Source of the DNA: a virus
Taxonomy: Duplodnaviria > Caudoviricetes
Reading direction: 5' to 3' (one strand)
Virus record (IMG/VR): IMGVR_UViG_3300033120_000461
Location: 1 to 64,000 of that record
DNA length: 64,000 nt
The notes beneath the pieces are model-generated. The model had not been told where the DNA came from and ran no database searches. It worked only from the letters and a program-made list of their open reading frames with translations. Made by a program: the position numbers and the translations under genes. This document shows positions 18,601 through 28,810 of the stretch, one piece after another. Positions within the stretch are counted from its first letter, which is position 1, and each line of letters starts with the position of its first letter.

Positions 18601-18926
18601 ACAACGATTGGCATTCCTGCAACAACCGCAGTCCTTTTGGCCAATGCAAACAGGTTCTCGTTTCCTGGCAATGCAGGAGGGAACGTGAAGTCCTGGAACG
18701 CGTCTCGGCTACCTTGTCCTCGGATGAAACCCGAAGGCATGGTCTTGTTGTCCAGCAAGAGCTTGGTGTATTCCGCTGCCCCTTGAGAGAGCTGAAGCTC
18801 TGCATCTAGGACAGGACGCCCGCTCTGAAATACAACCGAATCCCATGAGTATTCCCCTGGGGGTACGTCTCGGGAGACAGTTGTTGGATTCGCCGGATCG
18901 TTGAAGTATCTTTTGAATTCAGGCAT
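15639..18926 (-). CDS. Virion structural protein (DUF4815-like N-terminus)
   Basis: WDSVVFQSGRPVLDAELQLSQ N-terminal motif; DFIFLEVWR. Confidence 0.7.
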   Translation of the reverse strand: MPEFKRYFNDPANPTTVSRDVPPGEYSWDSVVFQSGRPVLDAELQLSQGAAEYTKLLLDNKTMPSGFIRGQGSRDAFQDFTFPPALPGNENLFALAKRTAVVAGMPIVVEYTNTTTPDTNIILLPAPSASSGVAPDVKRTDFIFLEVWRCLVAPSPRAMGTISITDPPFTLTAGDTVTIDATSVGGPSVTFTVNGGGPTGFALGVSGAAAAANLAAAINNPVNLLYPSYVAADTSGTTVVTVSATSGGTASNTISLARVQAVAGSIVLSAATLLGGANRPNKPSQSTVYRHGNVSSPTGVALADELVDPVLNAESAQRIQIQYRIRVSPTASGINPKTQPDGFSNTAILAQGTQGAPVATYPFVPANTTSVSGNSDASAYGFLDNGLYISGDGSQASAFALGTVDGFVYAIPIGFVFRRNDATATGGFSPVANANGGLPVSHVAGFLNANLNPGGPYAIAAVKSDRPDGLFADIIAATDLLDLRRHVTPPGYDFGSELKYQTQSLLDKRNATWQVDGSDYTTIASGSGDQSTYPLLCDEVGRLAAQGGTAPASGTTLRGNPIRNYDHIARRFGAQSVVERVVFEVLPTGVYPTGITVTKAPPSVNTWVEGDSITFTFAGASGLNPSTLQSWLTPSIVADVASFWPVGTKVTDVLSVYHDDGHSGTPIDQRTQLASVVGIGTTTVTLTLDANPSVVNGGGAVADHPVIGTPINDNGSPRRLFVELEITYPTGVGLTQTPDLEVVPNLASGYAGYQAGPIVENTTAQRPSEMLSTWVPNPKFRAGYREVKLEQKSAPAGVRVTDNIVTRTGSTVYPPRRFFADSMLANGLAPASGTTYGSSERRVNLAASVPNQSLVSVVYYPQDAVPSSGAVGYQTSIYYRSNAPQTAGTQAGGVPVTELPVELVVEPVSVSSELWTGQAGKGSTDLGFPYASPLDQIAIATGNPPVSAPKEWYFSALAEVSVADFSAATGLISLHSFVQVDGTAPITLGSTALGRGPVQDPEFRAYYDFGNRDGYKPTAMSQPLFGATRHKVFQPMLVRVLQDTRLFRRGELLLLVLSRFAALDSDNKIAFTDLPEIRTAAALYRTKNLLLSVGD

Positions 18927-18989
18927 GTGGTCTTAATCCAACCCCAAGGGGCTCTTGCCAAGGGTTGACATAGGATGAAACGCGCCCAA

Positions 18990-19622
18990 TCAAAAGGTGA
19001 GCCGCCACGTTATCGAGAGCTGTGAGTTGTTCGGTTTGGAGATTGCCCCAAACTGTAGGCTATTCACCTGAATGTCGTAGAGAGTCAAATCAATCGTCGG
19101 GTCGTACGTAGGAAACGTAGAGGGCACAGGGTTGGTCACCAAAGGGTTCATTGAGATGGTTCTCATAAGACCCATCTCATTCAGTGGGCCCACGGCCTCA
19201 CCCACCCCAAAGATGGTGGTGAAGTCCACAATGTTGGTGGAGACTGCTGAGACAGCACCCGCTGAGGTGCGGAATGTCACTGCTGAGAATGGCTTTCTCG
19301 CAATCTCTGCAAAGAGATGGCGAGTTCTTGGGTCAGGTGCGTCTGGGTTGAATACAGGGCCAGGTGCCCCTGTCCCGATTGCCAACATGGTGATGCCAGA
19401 CGTGCCTGTAGCTCCAGCAGCAAACATCATTGCAGCAAGCACACCACCATCCAAAACCACAAGGTTCTTCTTCTCCCAGGTGGTGCGTTCGCCATCAATC
19501 ACTTGGAGATCGAAGAACACATCACCCCGAACCTTGTAGGTCTGAATTTCCTCTTCATACTCACAAGCGAGTCCGAATTTGAAGCCTTGTTTGGGGTGAG
19601 CCATTTTTTCCTTGAAGTTCAC
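18990..19622 (-). CDS. Tail/baseplate-associated protein (tail-collar-like)
   Basis: KKNLVVLDG, MLAIGTG, LFAEIARKP, FTTIFGVGEAVGPLNEMGL, LSITWRLTF. Confidence 0.6.
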   Translation of the reverse strand: MNFKEKMAHPKQGFKFGLACEYEEEIQTYKVRGDVFFDLQVIDGERTTWEKKNLVVLDGGVLAAMMFAAGATGTSGITMLAIGTGAPGPVFNPDAPDPRTRHLFAEIARKPFSAVTFRTSAGAVSAVSTNIVDFTTIFGVGEAVGPLNEMGLMRTISMNPLVTNPVPSTFPTYDPTIDLTLYDIQVNSLQFGAISKPNNSQLSITWRLTF

Positions 19623-19689
19623 GATTCTCTCCGTCTGTCTCAGGCCCTAGATAGGCGTCGTAGCGAACTAAACACCTTACCTGAGTTGG

Positions 19690-22600
19690 TTATGCGGGCT
19701 GCAAGACCCAAAGGATTTCTCTATGGACTGCACCACCACCCGAACCAGGTACGACCCCTGCTGAGGGTCCAACTGGAGTAAGGATGGCAGCTCGAAGTCC
19801 TGTTTTGGCTGGGTTGGGGCCTGCATATGGTGTGGTGTAGCTGGCTGGACCCAGCAAACCACCAGGTCCTGCTGCGCCTGCCAATCCCCCTGAGGCATAG
19901 AGGTAAGGTCCAAATCTTCCAGGACCTCTATTGAAGTTCGAAGCGAATGAGGATGTGACTGGAGAGAAGTTCTCAGTGAAGAGGGCTCCATCAAGGCTTA
20001 TGTCTCGAAGACCTCCACCCAAGCCTGAACCATCACAGAATGTGGCTATTCTACCTGTTTCCCCGCCATCTGGGAGTTGGAAGAACTCCATTTGTTCGTA
20101 GAGGACATCAGGGTCATTCTCAAACTGTCTGACGAGGTACTGATCTCGCAGGAAGTAGTTTGGATTCGCAGGTAGTGCAGGAGGAAATGCTGGTGTGGGC
20201 CCACCATCACCAGAAACCGTAGATACGGTAGCCGTCCCAACTTGACTCATTGGGACAGGTGGGGTGCCCTCATTAAGGATGGTCTGGGACTCATCGAGAG
20301 GTTGAGTCTGTAGATACGTGGTTGTGACTGGCTTTCCAACAGCGAAAACCACTGTGACTGGAAATCCTGCTGCTGGGAGAGCTGAGAAGAGAATGATCTC
20401 TTGGCTGTCCGAGTTGAATCTCCAACCACTTTGAGCAAGAGGTACACCCTCTACGACCACTTGGAAGACCCTGGAAGCAAAGATGTGCGTAGGCCGGAGA
20501 CTCACACGAGTTGGAGTCAGAGCAGCTACCACGACTTGCTCGGGAGAGACATCCTTCAGGTAATCCCCCGAGGAAATCACGTTCCATTGATTGAGTGCCA
20601 TCCTCTGAGGTGCGCGGTAATCAATGGACGTGTGCGTGAAAACCCTGTACCGAACTTCGTTCCAAAACTGGAGAGACGAAGCTGCTGGGTTGAGATTCCC
20701 AAAGTGGACGCTTCCGAATCGGGTGTAGCCCTCGGCTCTTGGAAGGCGCGAGTATTCCACTCGGGCCCAAGCAGCTGTTGGGTCCAGAGACTGTGTGGCA
20801 AAATTGCCTGTGTAACCAGGTGGGGGCGACAGGTCTGGACGAAGTAGGACTGCTCCAAATGTTGGGTCTACAAAGAGACGAACCCAACATTCTAGGGTCC
20901 AATTCATGTCTGTGATGATTGATGTCGGGTCAGAGTTTGGTACCCCAAGGCCGTCTGATCGTGGAATCTCCCAGTTGTCAATGTCTCCAGCATCCCCACC
21001 CACCCAAATCCCAAAGGTTCGGTGTAGGTTTGGGACCCCATCAAGGTCCTCCATGAAACAAAGACTGCTGAGCGAAGCCTCAAAGGCCTGAGACGGATCT
21101 GCTGGGTCTGCAAAGTACCCGAACGAGACGCCATCCAAGGAAGGTGAAACAGGGAAACTCAGGTATGGGGCAGAAACTTCAAGATCCGCATCCACATACA
21201 AATCAACAACGTTGATTGACGGCCGGATATCAACCCTGTAGGTGCGTTTAGCTCCATCACTCCAAGGCACCGTTGCTGTAGCCAAGACACCAAAGGTTAG
21301 GTCAACCAAATTCACATCATCAGGACCTGTGAAGGACAAGGCGATAGTGCGCCCCCCAACGTCTGCCAAAAACACAAGGCCAGTTGAATTTGCAGTGCCT
21401 AACGTGAAGGAGTCAACAGAAAGACGGAACTCCAGAATTCGATCGACACTGGGGGATGCAGATACAGCCAAAGACTTCTGCAAAAGCCAGTTATCCAAAC
21501 CAAAACCGGAGAGGGAAGTGGTTGGACCATCTGCAAAAGACACTGATGGGCCGAAACCTACCGCTTCGACATCTACCCAACCCTGATCTCCAGCCGTGGT
21601 TGCACCCACAAGAGAGATTGAAGTCTGAGGGTAGATGGTCTTCCCACCAACACCGTTGTCTTGAAAGAGAAGGTTTCCCAACCGAGCTTCACGGTGAGTG
21701 TCCTTCAACGACAAAGCTGCACCGCCAGCTCCAGAGGTATCTCTCAAGACGCTGAGTTTTGCATCGAAGGCTGTGACTCTTCGCCCATTCAAGAAGGGGT
21801 CGATCAGCCCATACCCGTAAGTTGTATCAAGACTCGGCTCTGAAGGAGTAGCAGTGATGCGAAGTTGGCTTACCGCAGTAGCAGAGTCACCATAAGAGGT
21901 TGTCCTGAACCACTGGGCATCCTCAGGGTCGCCCGTCATTGTCGTGTCAACAACTGTTCCTCTGGTGAATTGAGTTCCACCATCTGGGGTGGACAGGTAG
22001 CGAACAAAGTCCCAAGTCGTTGAGTTCTTGGCACGACGAGAGAAGGATCCCCAGAGGTATCTACCAGACCCTTCAGGCAACACGTCTGGACCCAGATAGG
22101 CTGGAGATGCGAGAACAGGTCCACCAGACATCGTAACAAGAGCACCGCCTGTGGCTCCGCCAAAGAGGAGTTGCACAGAGTCAGACCGTGTGTTTCCGTA
22201 CAGACGCCAGGTACACAGACCGATGTCCCAACGGGTCTCAAAGACAAGGTCTGCAAGTCTGTTGCCCCAAAGGTTTGGGTTCGCTGGGAACCCAATTCCT
22301 GAGACGGTGAGAGTGACTAGGTTCCGTACTCGGTCAATGAAGACTTGGTCGACTACGTACACACCAATTTGGTTCCCAGACAAGATCTGGAACCTATGTC
22401 CACTACTGATGAGTTTTGGAGCTTGTGCTAGAGGACAAGTCACAATGTTGGTTGCTAGGATGGTCCCGTTTGCCAGAGGACCGACAATCCAGGAACTCAC
22501 ATCCCGAAGCTCACCAGGACGAGCAAGAAGACCAATGTGCTTCAGCCCATTCACTACAAGAGCGCCCGCGAGATACAGGCGTCGATTGTTCTCTACTCCA

Positions 22601-24876
22601 AACCCAACTCCCGTGAACACTCCATCCAAGGTGTGGGATTCAATTTGAAAACGTGCAGCTGTCCCAACCATGGATGAGACAGGAAGCTCGAAGTCTCTAC
22701 TCCAATACCCAACCTGAGTGTCGCTTGCATCAATGAGCTTGTAACGGTCCCCATCAGAGGTTCCTGTTGGAGCGCCCTTAGCAATCCAGGGACTGGAGGG
22801 AATAGCTGTGCCCTCATATTGGATTGAGGTTCCTACAACATCAGCCTCTGCATAAGGAACCGAGATTCTCCCAGGAGCCTGATTCAAGAGCAATGTCGTG
22901 GGGCTGTTGATAGCCGCTGTGTAAGCCCGCTCAAACGCAAGGTACCTGTGAGCGATTTTGACTGGAGGCTTCCGCGATGGAAACCGACCAAGACCCAACG
23001 ATAGCGGGAACTTGCTCGTGGAGGCGCCGCCAAGAGTCCCACTTGCTGAGACAGGTGACGTTGTGTTTCTGCCTCCTGCTAGGCTCCACCTATTGAGAGT
23101 CACACCCTGTGTGTTGAGCCCAGAGAACCCCATCAAAGGAGAAGAGAACCATCGGTAGCTCACAGTTACTGTGTGTGCTCCTGGGAGGAATCTGGTGATA
23201 GGGGCAGCGAGTGTGATTTCCCCTGTGTATGGGTTCAGGCTCGCTACTGAGACAGGAACACCGTCGTAGAGAACCACTACGTCAGAAGGTGTGGCAGGAG
23301 TAGCATCACCCCATGAACGAACCAAAGGCCCAAACGTTGTGTTGAGGACAATTTGTCCCCCTGCTGGAGGTGCGAAGAATTGACTGGAGGCATCTTCGTT
23401 GGTGACCTGAACTGGAGACCGAACACCTAGGCGATCTACCTCAACAGTGTAGGACACCACGCCCGCAGCAGGGAAACGTGGAGCAACACGTACAAAACAC
23501 AGAGCTGGACGAATCTCTGTAGCTGGGCCAAGAGCCACACCAAGAGGACCACCATTTGAACCCAAGACAGTTTCTAGGAGGTAACGTCCTGCGTTGGGGC
23601 CTGTGGAGAAAGTCAGAATTTCCCCTTGAGTAGCCAGAGACCAATCCTGAGCTAGGTCTCTGAAGGACCCATTCACCACACTGGCAGTACCAACCAATCC
23701 TGATGGGGATGTTGTGTAGGCACGTGCAACAGGATCATCCCCAAATGGGAATGCAAGAACATCTCTGACTACGTAGCGACCAGCATTTGGACCGCTTGCA
23801 ACAACAAGAGGTGCCCCAACTCGGACAGATCTGAAACTCAGGGTGTCGTTGAGTGTGTACCTGTCGGAGAGTACATTTCCTGCTACTGAGGATATCTCCT
23901 TGACACCAGCACAGTATTTCCTGAAGTCCTCGTAGTAGAAGGCATCCAAGTCAAACTTCTGGAAATCATCTGTGAAAACGTGGCGGTAGGTCTCCCGAAA
24001 GAGGTTCCTGTATTCGTAGAGAGTGTGCGCGGGCCTCAGTGCTCGCAATACGATCTTGACATTGCTCTCCAAGAGGATCGGCAAGTCTGCAAAGTCAGAA
24101 AGAAGGTCATGAGTGTGTGCCGGAAGTCCTGTTGCAGAGGTCTCTGAAACAAGGAAGTTCTCGATGGTGTGGCTGTGATCTACTCCTGAGCCATCGTCCC
24201 ATGTTGTACCTGTTGTGACTCCTGTGCCTTGAGCATTGATCTTGACTGTGTGGTAGTGGGGATCAACAAGACTTCCAGATGTGGTCCGTTTCGTGGAACT
24301 TACGTTGACCTCAAAAGTGAATCTGTCCGCAATTGTCCAACCAATTCCGGGCTGCCCAATAAACTCGGACTTGTCGAGGATGGACACCTCGGCATCAGTC
24401 AACGCTTCAACACCTTCAAGAAGAGTGAGGGTCTTGCTTCCCTTCAGCAGGAGCGAGACCATCTTCTTCAAGAAGGTTCGGTAGGACACGTCCCCATCAA
24501 TGACAGGGAGGCCTGTGATGTCCGAGTTGGGGAAGATCAAGTCTGCAAGGAACTGGAAGAGGACTTCAGAACGGGTGAAGTCGTAGTCGTTGTCTTCGTA
24601 GGCGTCCTCAGCCGTTACCTGGATTCGCGCAAGCTCTTCCGCAGCAGCCTGGAATTGTTGTACGTAGAATGGCCCTTTGGTCTGGGATACGTAGTTGGAT
24701 GGGAGAGAGTTGAGGAATACTCGGACAATTTGATCTGCAACGGCACGAACTCGGCTCTCGTCTACCTGACCTTCTTGCTCAAAAGGGGCAGGATTCTGAA
24801 CTTTGGGGCCTGTAACAGAAGTTGGGAGAACAGTGATAAGACCGTTCGCTGACCTTGATTTTGTGTCCTCAGGCAT
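19690..24876 (-). CDS. Large baseplate wedge-like protein (P2 I / T4 gp7-like N-terminus)
   Basis: YRTFLKKMVSLLLKGS and ALRPAHTLY motifs; 1728 aa; downstream of baseplate J. Confidence 0.7.
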   Translation of the reverse strand: MPEDTKSRSANGLITVLPTSVTGPKVQNPAPFEQEGQVDESRVRAVADQIVRVFLNSLPSNYVSQTKGPFYVQQFQAAAEELARIQVTAEDAYEDNDYDFTRSEVLFQFLADLIFPNSDITGLPVIDGDVSYRTFLKKMVSLLLKGSKTLTLLEGVEALTDAEVSILDKSEFIGQPGIGWTIADRFTFEVNVSSTKRTTSGSLVDPHYHTVKINAQGTGVTTGTTWDDGSGVDHSHTIENFLVSETSATGLPAHTHDLLSDFADLPILLESNVKIVLRALRPAHTLYEYRNLFRETYRHVFTDDFQKFDLDAFYYEDFRKYCAGVKEISSVAGNVLSDRYTLNDTLSFRSVRVGAPLVVASGPNAGRYVVRDVLAFPFGDDPVARAYTTSPSGLVGTASVVNGSFRDLAQDWSLATQGEILTFSTGPNAGRYLLETVLGSNGGPLGVALGPATEIRPALCFVRVAPRFPAAGVVSYTVEVDRLGVRSPVQVTNEDASSQFFAPPAGGQIVLNTTFGPLVRSWGDATPATPSDVVVLYDGVPVSVASLNPYTGEITLAAPITRFLPGAHTVTVSYRWFSSPLMGFSGLNTQGVTLNRWSLAGGRNTTSPVSASGTLGGASTSKFPLSLGLGRFPSRKPPVKIAHRYLAFERAYTAAINSPTTLLLNQAPGRISVPYAEADVVGTSIQYEGTAIPSSPWIAKGAPTGTSDGDRYKLIDASDTQVGYWSRDFELPVSSMVGTAARFQIESHTLDGVFTGVGFGVENNRRLYLAGALVVNGLKHIGLLARPGELRDVSSWIVGPLANGTILATNIVTCPLAQAPKLISSGHRFQILSGNQIGVYVVDQVFIDRVRNLVTLTVSGIGFPANPNLWGNRLADLVFETRWDIGLCTWRLYGNTRSDSVQLLFGGATGGALVTMSGGPVLASPAYLGPDVLPEGSGRYLWGSFSRRAKNSTTWDFVRYLSTPDGGTQFTRGTVVDTTMTGDPEDAQWFRTTSYGDSATAVSQLRITATPSEPSLDTTYGYGLIDPFLNGRRVTAFDAKLSVLRDTSGAGGAALSLKDTHREARLGNLLFQDNGVGGKTIYPQTSISLVGATTAGDQGWVDVEAVGFGPSVSFADGPTTSLSGFGLDNWLLQKSLAVSASPSVDRILEFRLSVDSFTLGTANSTGLVFLADVGGRTIALSFTGPDDVNLVDLTFGVLATATVPWSDGAKRTYRVDIRPSINVVDLYVDADLEVSAPYLSFPVSPSLDGVSFGYFADPADPSQAFEASLSSLCFMEDLDGVPNLHRTFGIWVGGDAGDIDNWEIPRSDGLGVPNSDPTSIITDMNWTLECWVRLFVDPTFGAVLLRPDLSPPPGYTGNFATQSLDPTAAWARVEYSRLPRAEGYTRFGSVHFGNLNPAASSLQFWNEVRYRVFTHTSIDYRAPQRMALNQWNVISSGDYLKDVSPEQVVVAALTPTRVSLRPTHIFASRVFQVVVEGVPLAQSGWRFNSDSQEIILFSALPAAGFPVTVVFAVGKPVTTTYLQTQPLDESQTILNEGTPPVPMSQVGTATVSTVSGDGGPTPAFPPALPANPNYFLRDQYLVRQFENDPDVLYEQMEFFQLPDGGETGRIATFCDGSGLGGGLRDISLDGALFTENFSPVTSSFASNFNRGPGRFGPYLYASGGLAGAAGPGGLLGPASYTTPYAGPNPAKTGLRAAILTPVGPSAGVVPGSGGGAVHREILWVLQPA

Positions 24877-24922
24877 CTCTACCTCTGTTTACGAGAGGAA
24901 CTCTACCGGCCCCCAACTCGAA

Positions 24923-25333
24923 TCATCCGAAGGAGAACTTCAGGCTCCTTTGTCTCTTGGCTCGAAGCCCTGAACACAAGCCACAGAACCATCCCTCTTT
25001 TGTCAACTCACATCGATTCGCGTTTAGCGTACCTGGTGTAATGACATCACCACATTGACTACACTGGCTGAATTGTTTCTTAGCAACCCAACTTTGCCCA
25101 TCCCAAGTAAGGAGATCTTCAATTGGGGGTGTCAGGAGGTCCTTCAGTTGAAGGCGAATCGCACGAATGGCTGTGGCATGTATGTCCCTACGCTTACGTA
25201 AGTCTTTACGTTTCCAGGGCTCATGCCTGTGGCGCTCGCGTAGTTCCCACCACTCTTTGAGAAAGAAAGCTTCGCTGTGTCGCAAAAGTCTCAAACGTTT
25301 CTCAATGGTGGGCTTCTCTGGTTGTGTCATCAC
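24923..25333 (-). CDS. Hypothetical protein with a C-terminal zinc finger
   Basis: CSQCG...CGLCS. Confidence 0.65.
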   Translation of the reverse strand: MMTQPEKPTIEKRLRLLRHSEAFFLKEWWELRERHRHEPWKRKDLRKRRDIHATAIRAIRLQLKDLLTPPIEDLLTWDGQSWVAKKQFSQCSQCGDVITPGTLNANRCELTKEGWFCGLCSGLRAKRQRSLKFSFG

Positions 25334-25354
25334 TAGATATTACACCCAGAAACC

Positions 25355-28300
25355 CTACCTCACGTCCTCGTCATACGTGAATTCCACGATGCCCAAAGAC
25401 AGGTATTCCACGCCTGTTGGCACGATGTCATGGTCTCCAGTTTCCACACCCACAGTGTAGGTTGCCCAGTATTTGTGGTTTGAAGGAGCATCACCAACAG
25501 CCAGACTTAGGAGCACTCGGTTCTGAGTGATGAGAACTCTCCGAGCCAGGATGTCTTGACCTGTTATGTACCCTTGGGAGATCAGAGTGTTGTCGTCGCT
25601 GTACCCTGGAATGACAAGACCTTCATTTCCGATGATGTAGGACCGGCCAGATGCCTCTACCAACCTTTCAGGAAGAGAGGTCTGAAGTGTAGTGGGCTCG
25701 TCATCTTGGAAGACACCTCTGAAGTCCCCCTTAGGCCCACCACCCGTTGTTGTGGCAGCGGTCAGAGTACCTGTGAGCAACCATGTCTGGACTGTCGAGT
25801 TAGACCAAAGTGGGATGCGGAATGAATCCCCAATTTGAGTTGAATTGAGTTCATCCTTGGCAACTTGTGACCCAATCGCCCGCACCATTTTCACAAGTGG
25901 GGTTGCCACATAGGAGACTCCTGTGGTGGCGTCAATGACACGAATCACGTCACTTCTACGAAGGGCAATACCCTGCCTCAAATTGGAGACTAGAAGACCA
26001 AGATTGGCCCGAATCGAGTTGTCAACAACACTCTTCACGAACCCCTTCTTTAGGATGACTGTGGCTTCAATGTCTACAGGTACTGAGATAGAACTCTTGC
26101 CAAGTACGTCTGCTGTCGCATGCTTTTTTTCATCCAAAGCCTGCTGAAGAGCACTCGTGACTAGATTCACCCGATATGTGACGACGAAGTTCTCATCGTA
26201 TCGGTAACTGATGAGAACGCTCTGGCCATCAGCAATCGTGCTGGTAGAAGTCCTCTTGATTCCAAGGGGGTTTGTCTGGTCCCCCTCAATGATTGTGTAG
26301 TCTGGGGTCGTAGTTGAGAATGGGCCTGCATAGGTCACAGTTCCTGCAACATTGGTCACGACCACAGTGAGAGAGTCTGCCCCTAAGCGAAGAACGTACT
26401 CCACATATTCACCTACGATTACATGCTCTTCGTTGGTGACTGTGAGGATGTCTCCTGTGGGGATAGAGAGTGCGGGGTCTGCACTTCCAACAATCTGAAT
26501 GTAGTCCCCTGCTTTGGTGGACCGCCCAAGAGAAAGAGGGCTGTTGGGGTGAACCAGGCTGTAGATGGAATTGTTGAGGTCTCCAGTGGACTCACCAACT
26601 ACAGACACCACAGATTCTACAGGCTGTCGAGTCAGGGTGAACTTTTCACCTGTTCTGTATCTGTAGTCTCCTAGGATGACGTCTGTGAGAGTTGGGACAA
26701 CCCATGGCTGAGACACATCCAAGTCAAGTTGGATTGTGTTGTAGTTGAGGATCTGCACTCCGCTCAAGTTGAATGAAATCCCAGTTGTCGCGTTACGCAA
26801 CCCAAGGCCAATGCTGGGGTAGTCCAGCATCTCTGCAATGGGGTTCTCTGGGGACAAATCTGAATCCAAAGCTTGGAAACGATAGGCCTCTGGGTTTCCC
26901 ACAACCACGAACTGGACCTCTCTCTTTCGCACAAACGTGAAAGCAAAGGTGTCCGTTACAGTGGCGAACCGTGTGCCTTGCTCCCAGACATCAACCTTTC
27001 CACCAATGTGAGTCTTGGTGATGGGGTCGAAGTCACGTTGCATGAGAGGGTTCCCGGCCTCTACAACCTGGGCTTGGATGACTCCGGGTACCCCAGCTGC
27101 AATCTGGTAGCACCCTTGGGTCGTGCCTGTGTCCACTGCGGAGAGTGCTCCCCGAGCTTCCGCTGCAAGTTGCGCATTGGTCTGTGAGTTCGTTCCTCCA
27201 AAGAAGGGGGAATCATTGACAACAGCGAGACCAAAAGGAGCCCCTGAGGAGATCTGACGAGAGCCCACATTCCCAGCCACACCTGGGGAAACAGCCTGAG
27301 CTGGGACCGTGATCGAATACTGACCCGTCGAAGGATTGAAGTAGCTTGCGAGCCTAGCTACATTGATTTCCGCAGCCCTTGTGGTTCGGAATGTTGCCCC
27401 TCCCCCAGTGATCAAAGTCCCAAGCAGGATTTGACGGGTTGCATTGGGGGCAGTGGATGTGAAGAATCGAACCTCTCCAATAGACCTGAATCCATTGGTA
27501 CGGACCACACCCACATTGGCCGCGAGCTTGTCGAAGGCACCATCAATCACAGTCTGGACAAGAGCTGTGTTGGCCATGTACAGAGCCTTCGCAAGAGCGA
27601 TCTTGTAGGCACTGCCAGTCACTGGAATTGAGTTCCCAGTGTTGTTGGGGTCGTCGATCTCCAAAAGGGTGTCAAAGGACGATGCTCGGTAGATGAAGTC
27701 GAGCAGGAACCGAACTCTCTCAGCCTCCTGGGAGAAAGGATCCAGGAACGTGTCTCGAATCACGGCTCCAGGCTGGACTGCAATATCCTGGTCTTTTCGG
27801 TAGATTGAAGAGATTGCGTTCTGCAAAATCTGTTGGCGACTCACTGAAGGCAGCACAGAGGTGCCAACTCGAACGTTGATTGGGTTTGCTACAACCTCAG
27901 GGGAGAAAGAGGACTCGAATTCAACCTGAGCCAGAGAATCGAAATACACAGCAGTGACTGTGTAGTACAAAGGTTCAGTTGCTGGGAGAACTGCAAAAGA
28001 GCCCACAGATATCGTGCTAGGCACACTTGAAAGATTGAACTTCCGGTTGTGCTTGAACTCAAAGTAGCTGACGTGTTCGATTGAGGAAATCGCCACGTCA
28101 ATCTGGATTTCTGACACCGTGTCAGGGATGCTCACCGTGGAATCAACATCGGTCTCCAAAGTGACTTGATTGAAGTCCTCTTGGGAGATCTGAGCCCGAA
28201 CAAACAAGGGGTCCGCGCCCGCTGTGTTGTTCTTGCTGACTAGATTGTAGAGAGGTCGAACATTCTCGACGAAGACTGGAACCGTCACAGGTTGTGCGTT

Positions 28301-28771
28301 GATTCTGGAGTACCCTCTCGCACCTCCGCCTGCTGTAGCTGAGGCGTAGAAGTTGTACCCAGTGATCCGAGAATCTGAAATTCCACGCGCACTGACATTC
28401 ACGAAGTCATCGAATCTCTCGACTGAGATTTCGGTTGGTGGCAAGACAACCTGAGTCCCAGACAAGAGCAGAACAGTCGCTTTTACAGGAGCCGAGGATG
28501 GGCCAGAGAGAGGTACTGAACGCACCTCGATTGTGTTCTCTCCTGCAAACAGCTCTAACCCGTTTGGGTATGAGGTCGGGTTTGGGACAATCCAGCCTCC
28601 CGAGGAGAAGGACACAAGCGATGGGTCAGTGGAGAATGCTCCCCCACGGATTGAGACTTCCAGATCTGCTGTGTCTACATTGATTGTCCCAGAAAAGAAG
28701 CGTGTCGTCGAAGTAGTCGAGAAGACCACTTCGTTTGCATACGTACCATCGGGACCTTGGACTTTTAGCAT
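25355..28771 (-). CDS. Baseplate J/gp47-like wedge protein (T4 gp6-like), extended
   Basis: QPGAVIRDTFLDP, FDKLAANVGVVR, VPAQAVSPGVAGNV, FFGGTNSQTNAQL. Ends in TAG. Confidence 0.85.
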   Translation of the reverse strand: MLKVQGPDGTYANEVVFSTTSTTRFFSGTINVDTADLEVSIRGGAFSTDPSLVSFSSGGWIVPNPTSYPNGLELFAGENTIEVRSVPLSGPSSAPVKATVLLLSGTQVVLPPTEISVERFDDFVNVSARGISDSRITGYNFYASATAGGGARGYSRINAQPVTVPVFVENVRPLYNLVSKNNTAGADPLFVRAQISQEDFNQVTLETDVDSTVSIPDTVSEIQIDVAISSIEHVSYFEFKHNRKFNLSSVPSTISVGSFAVLPATEPLYYTVTAVYFDSLAQVEFESSFSPEVVANPINVRVGTSVLPSVSRQQILQNAISSIYRKDQDIAVQPGAVIRDTFLDPFSQEAERVRFLLDFIYRASSFDTLLEIDDPNNTGNSIPVTGSAYKIALAKALYMANTALVQTVIDGAFDKLAANVGVVRTNGFRSIGEVRFFTSTAPNATRQILLGTLITGGGATFRTTRAAEINVARLASYFNPSTGQYSITVPAQAVSPGVAGNVGSRQISSGAPFGLAVVNDSPFFGGTNSQTNAQLAAEARGALSAVDTGTTQGCYQIAAGVPGVIQAQVVEAGNPLMQRDFDPITKTHIGGKVDVWEQGTRFATVTDTFAFTFVRKREVQFVVVGNPEAYRFQALDSDLSPENPIAEMLDYPSIGLGLRNATTGISFNLSGVQILNYNTIQLDLDVSQPWVVPTLTDVILGDYRYRTGEKFTLTRQPVESVVSVVGESTGDLNNSIYSLVHPNSPLSLGRSTKAGDYIQIVGSADPALSIPTGDILTVTNEEHVIVGEYVEYVLRLGADSLTVVVTNVAGTVTYAGPFSTTTPDYTIIEGDQTNPLGIKRTSTSTIADGQSVLISYRYDENFVVTYRVNLVTSALQQALDEKKHATADVLGKSSISVPVDIEATVILKKGFVKSVVDNSIRANLGLLVSNLRQGIALRRSDVIRVIDATTGVSYVATPLVKMVRAIGSQVAKDELNSTQIGDSFRIPLWSNSTVQTWLLTGTLTAATTTGGGPKGDFRGVFQDDEPTTLQTSLPERLVEASGRSYIIGNEGLVIPGYSDDNTLISQGYITGQDILARRVLITQNRVLLSLAVGDAPSNHKYWATYTVGVETGDHDIVPTGVEYLSLGIVEFTYDEDVR

Positions 28772-28810
28772 TTCAAGACTCTCCAGGGATAGACAAGATC
28801 AGCACGTAGG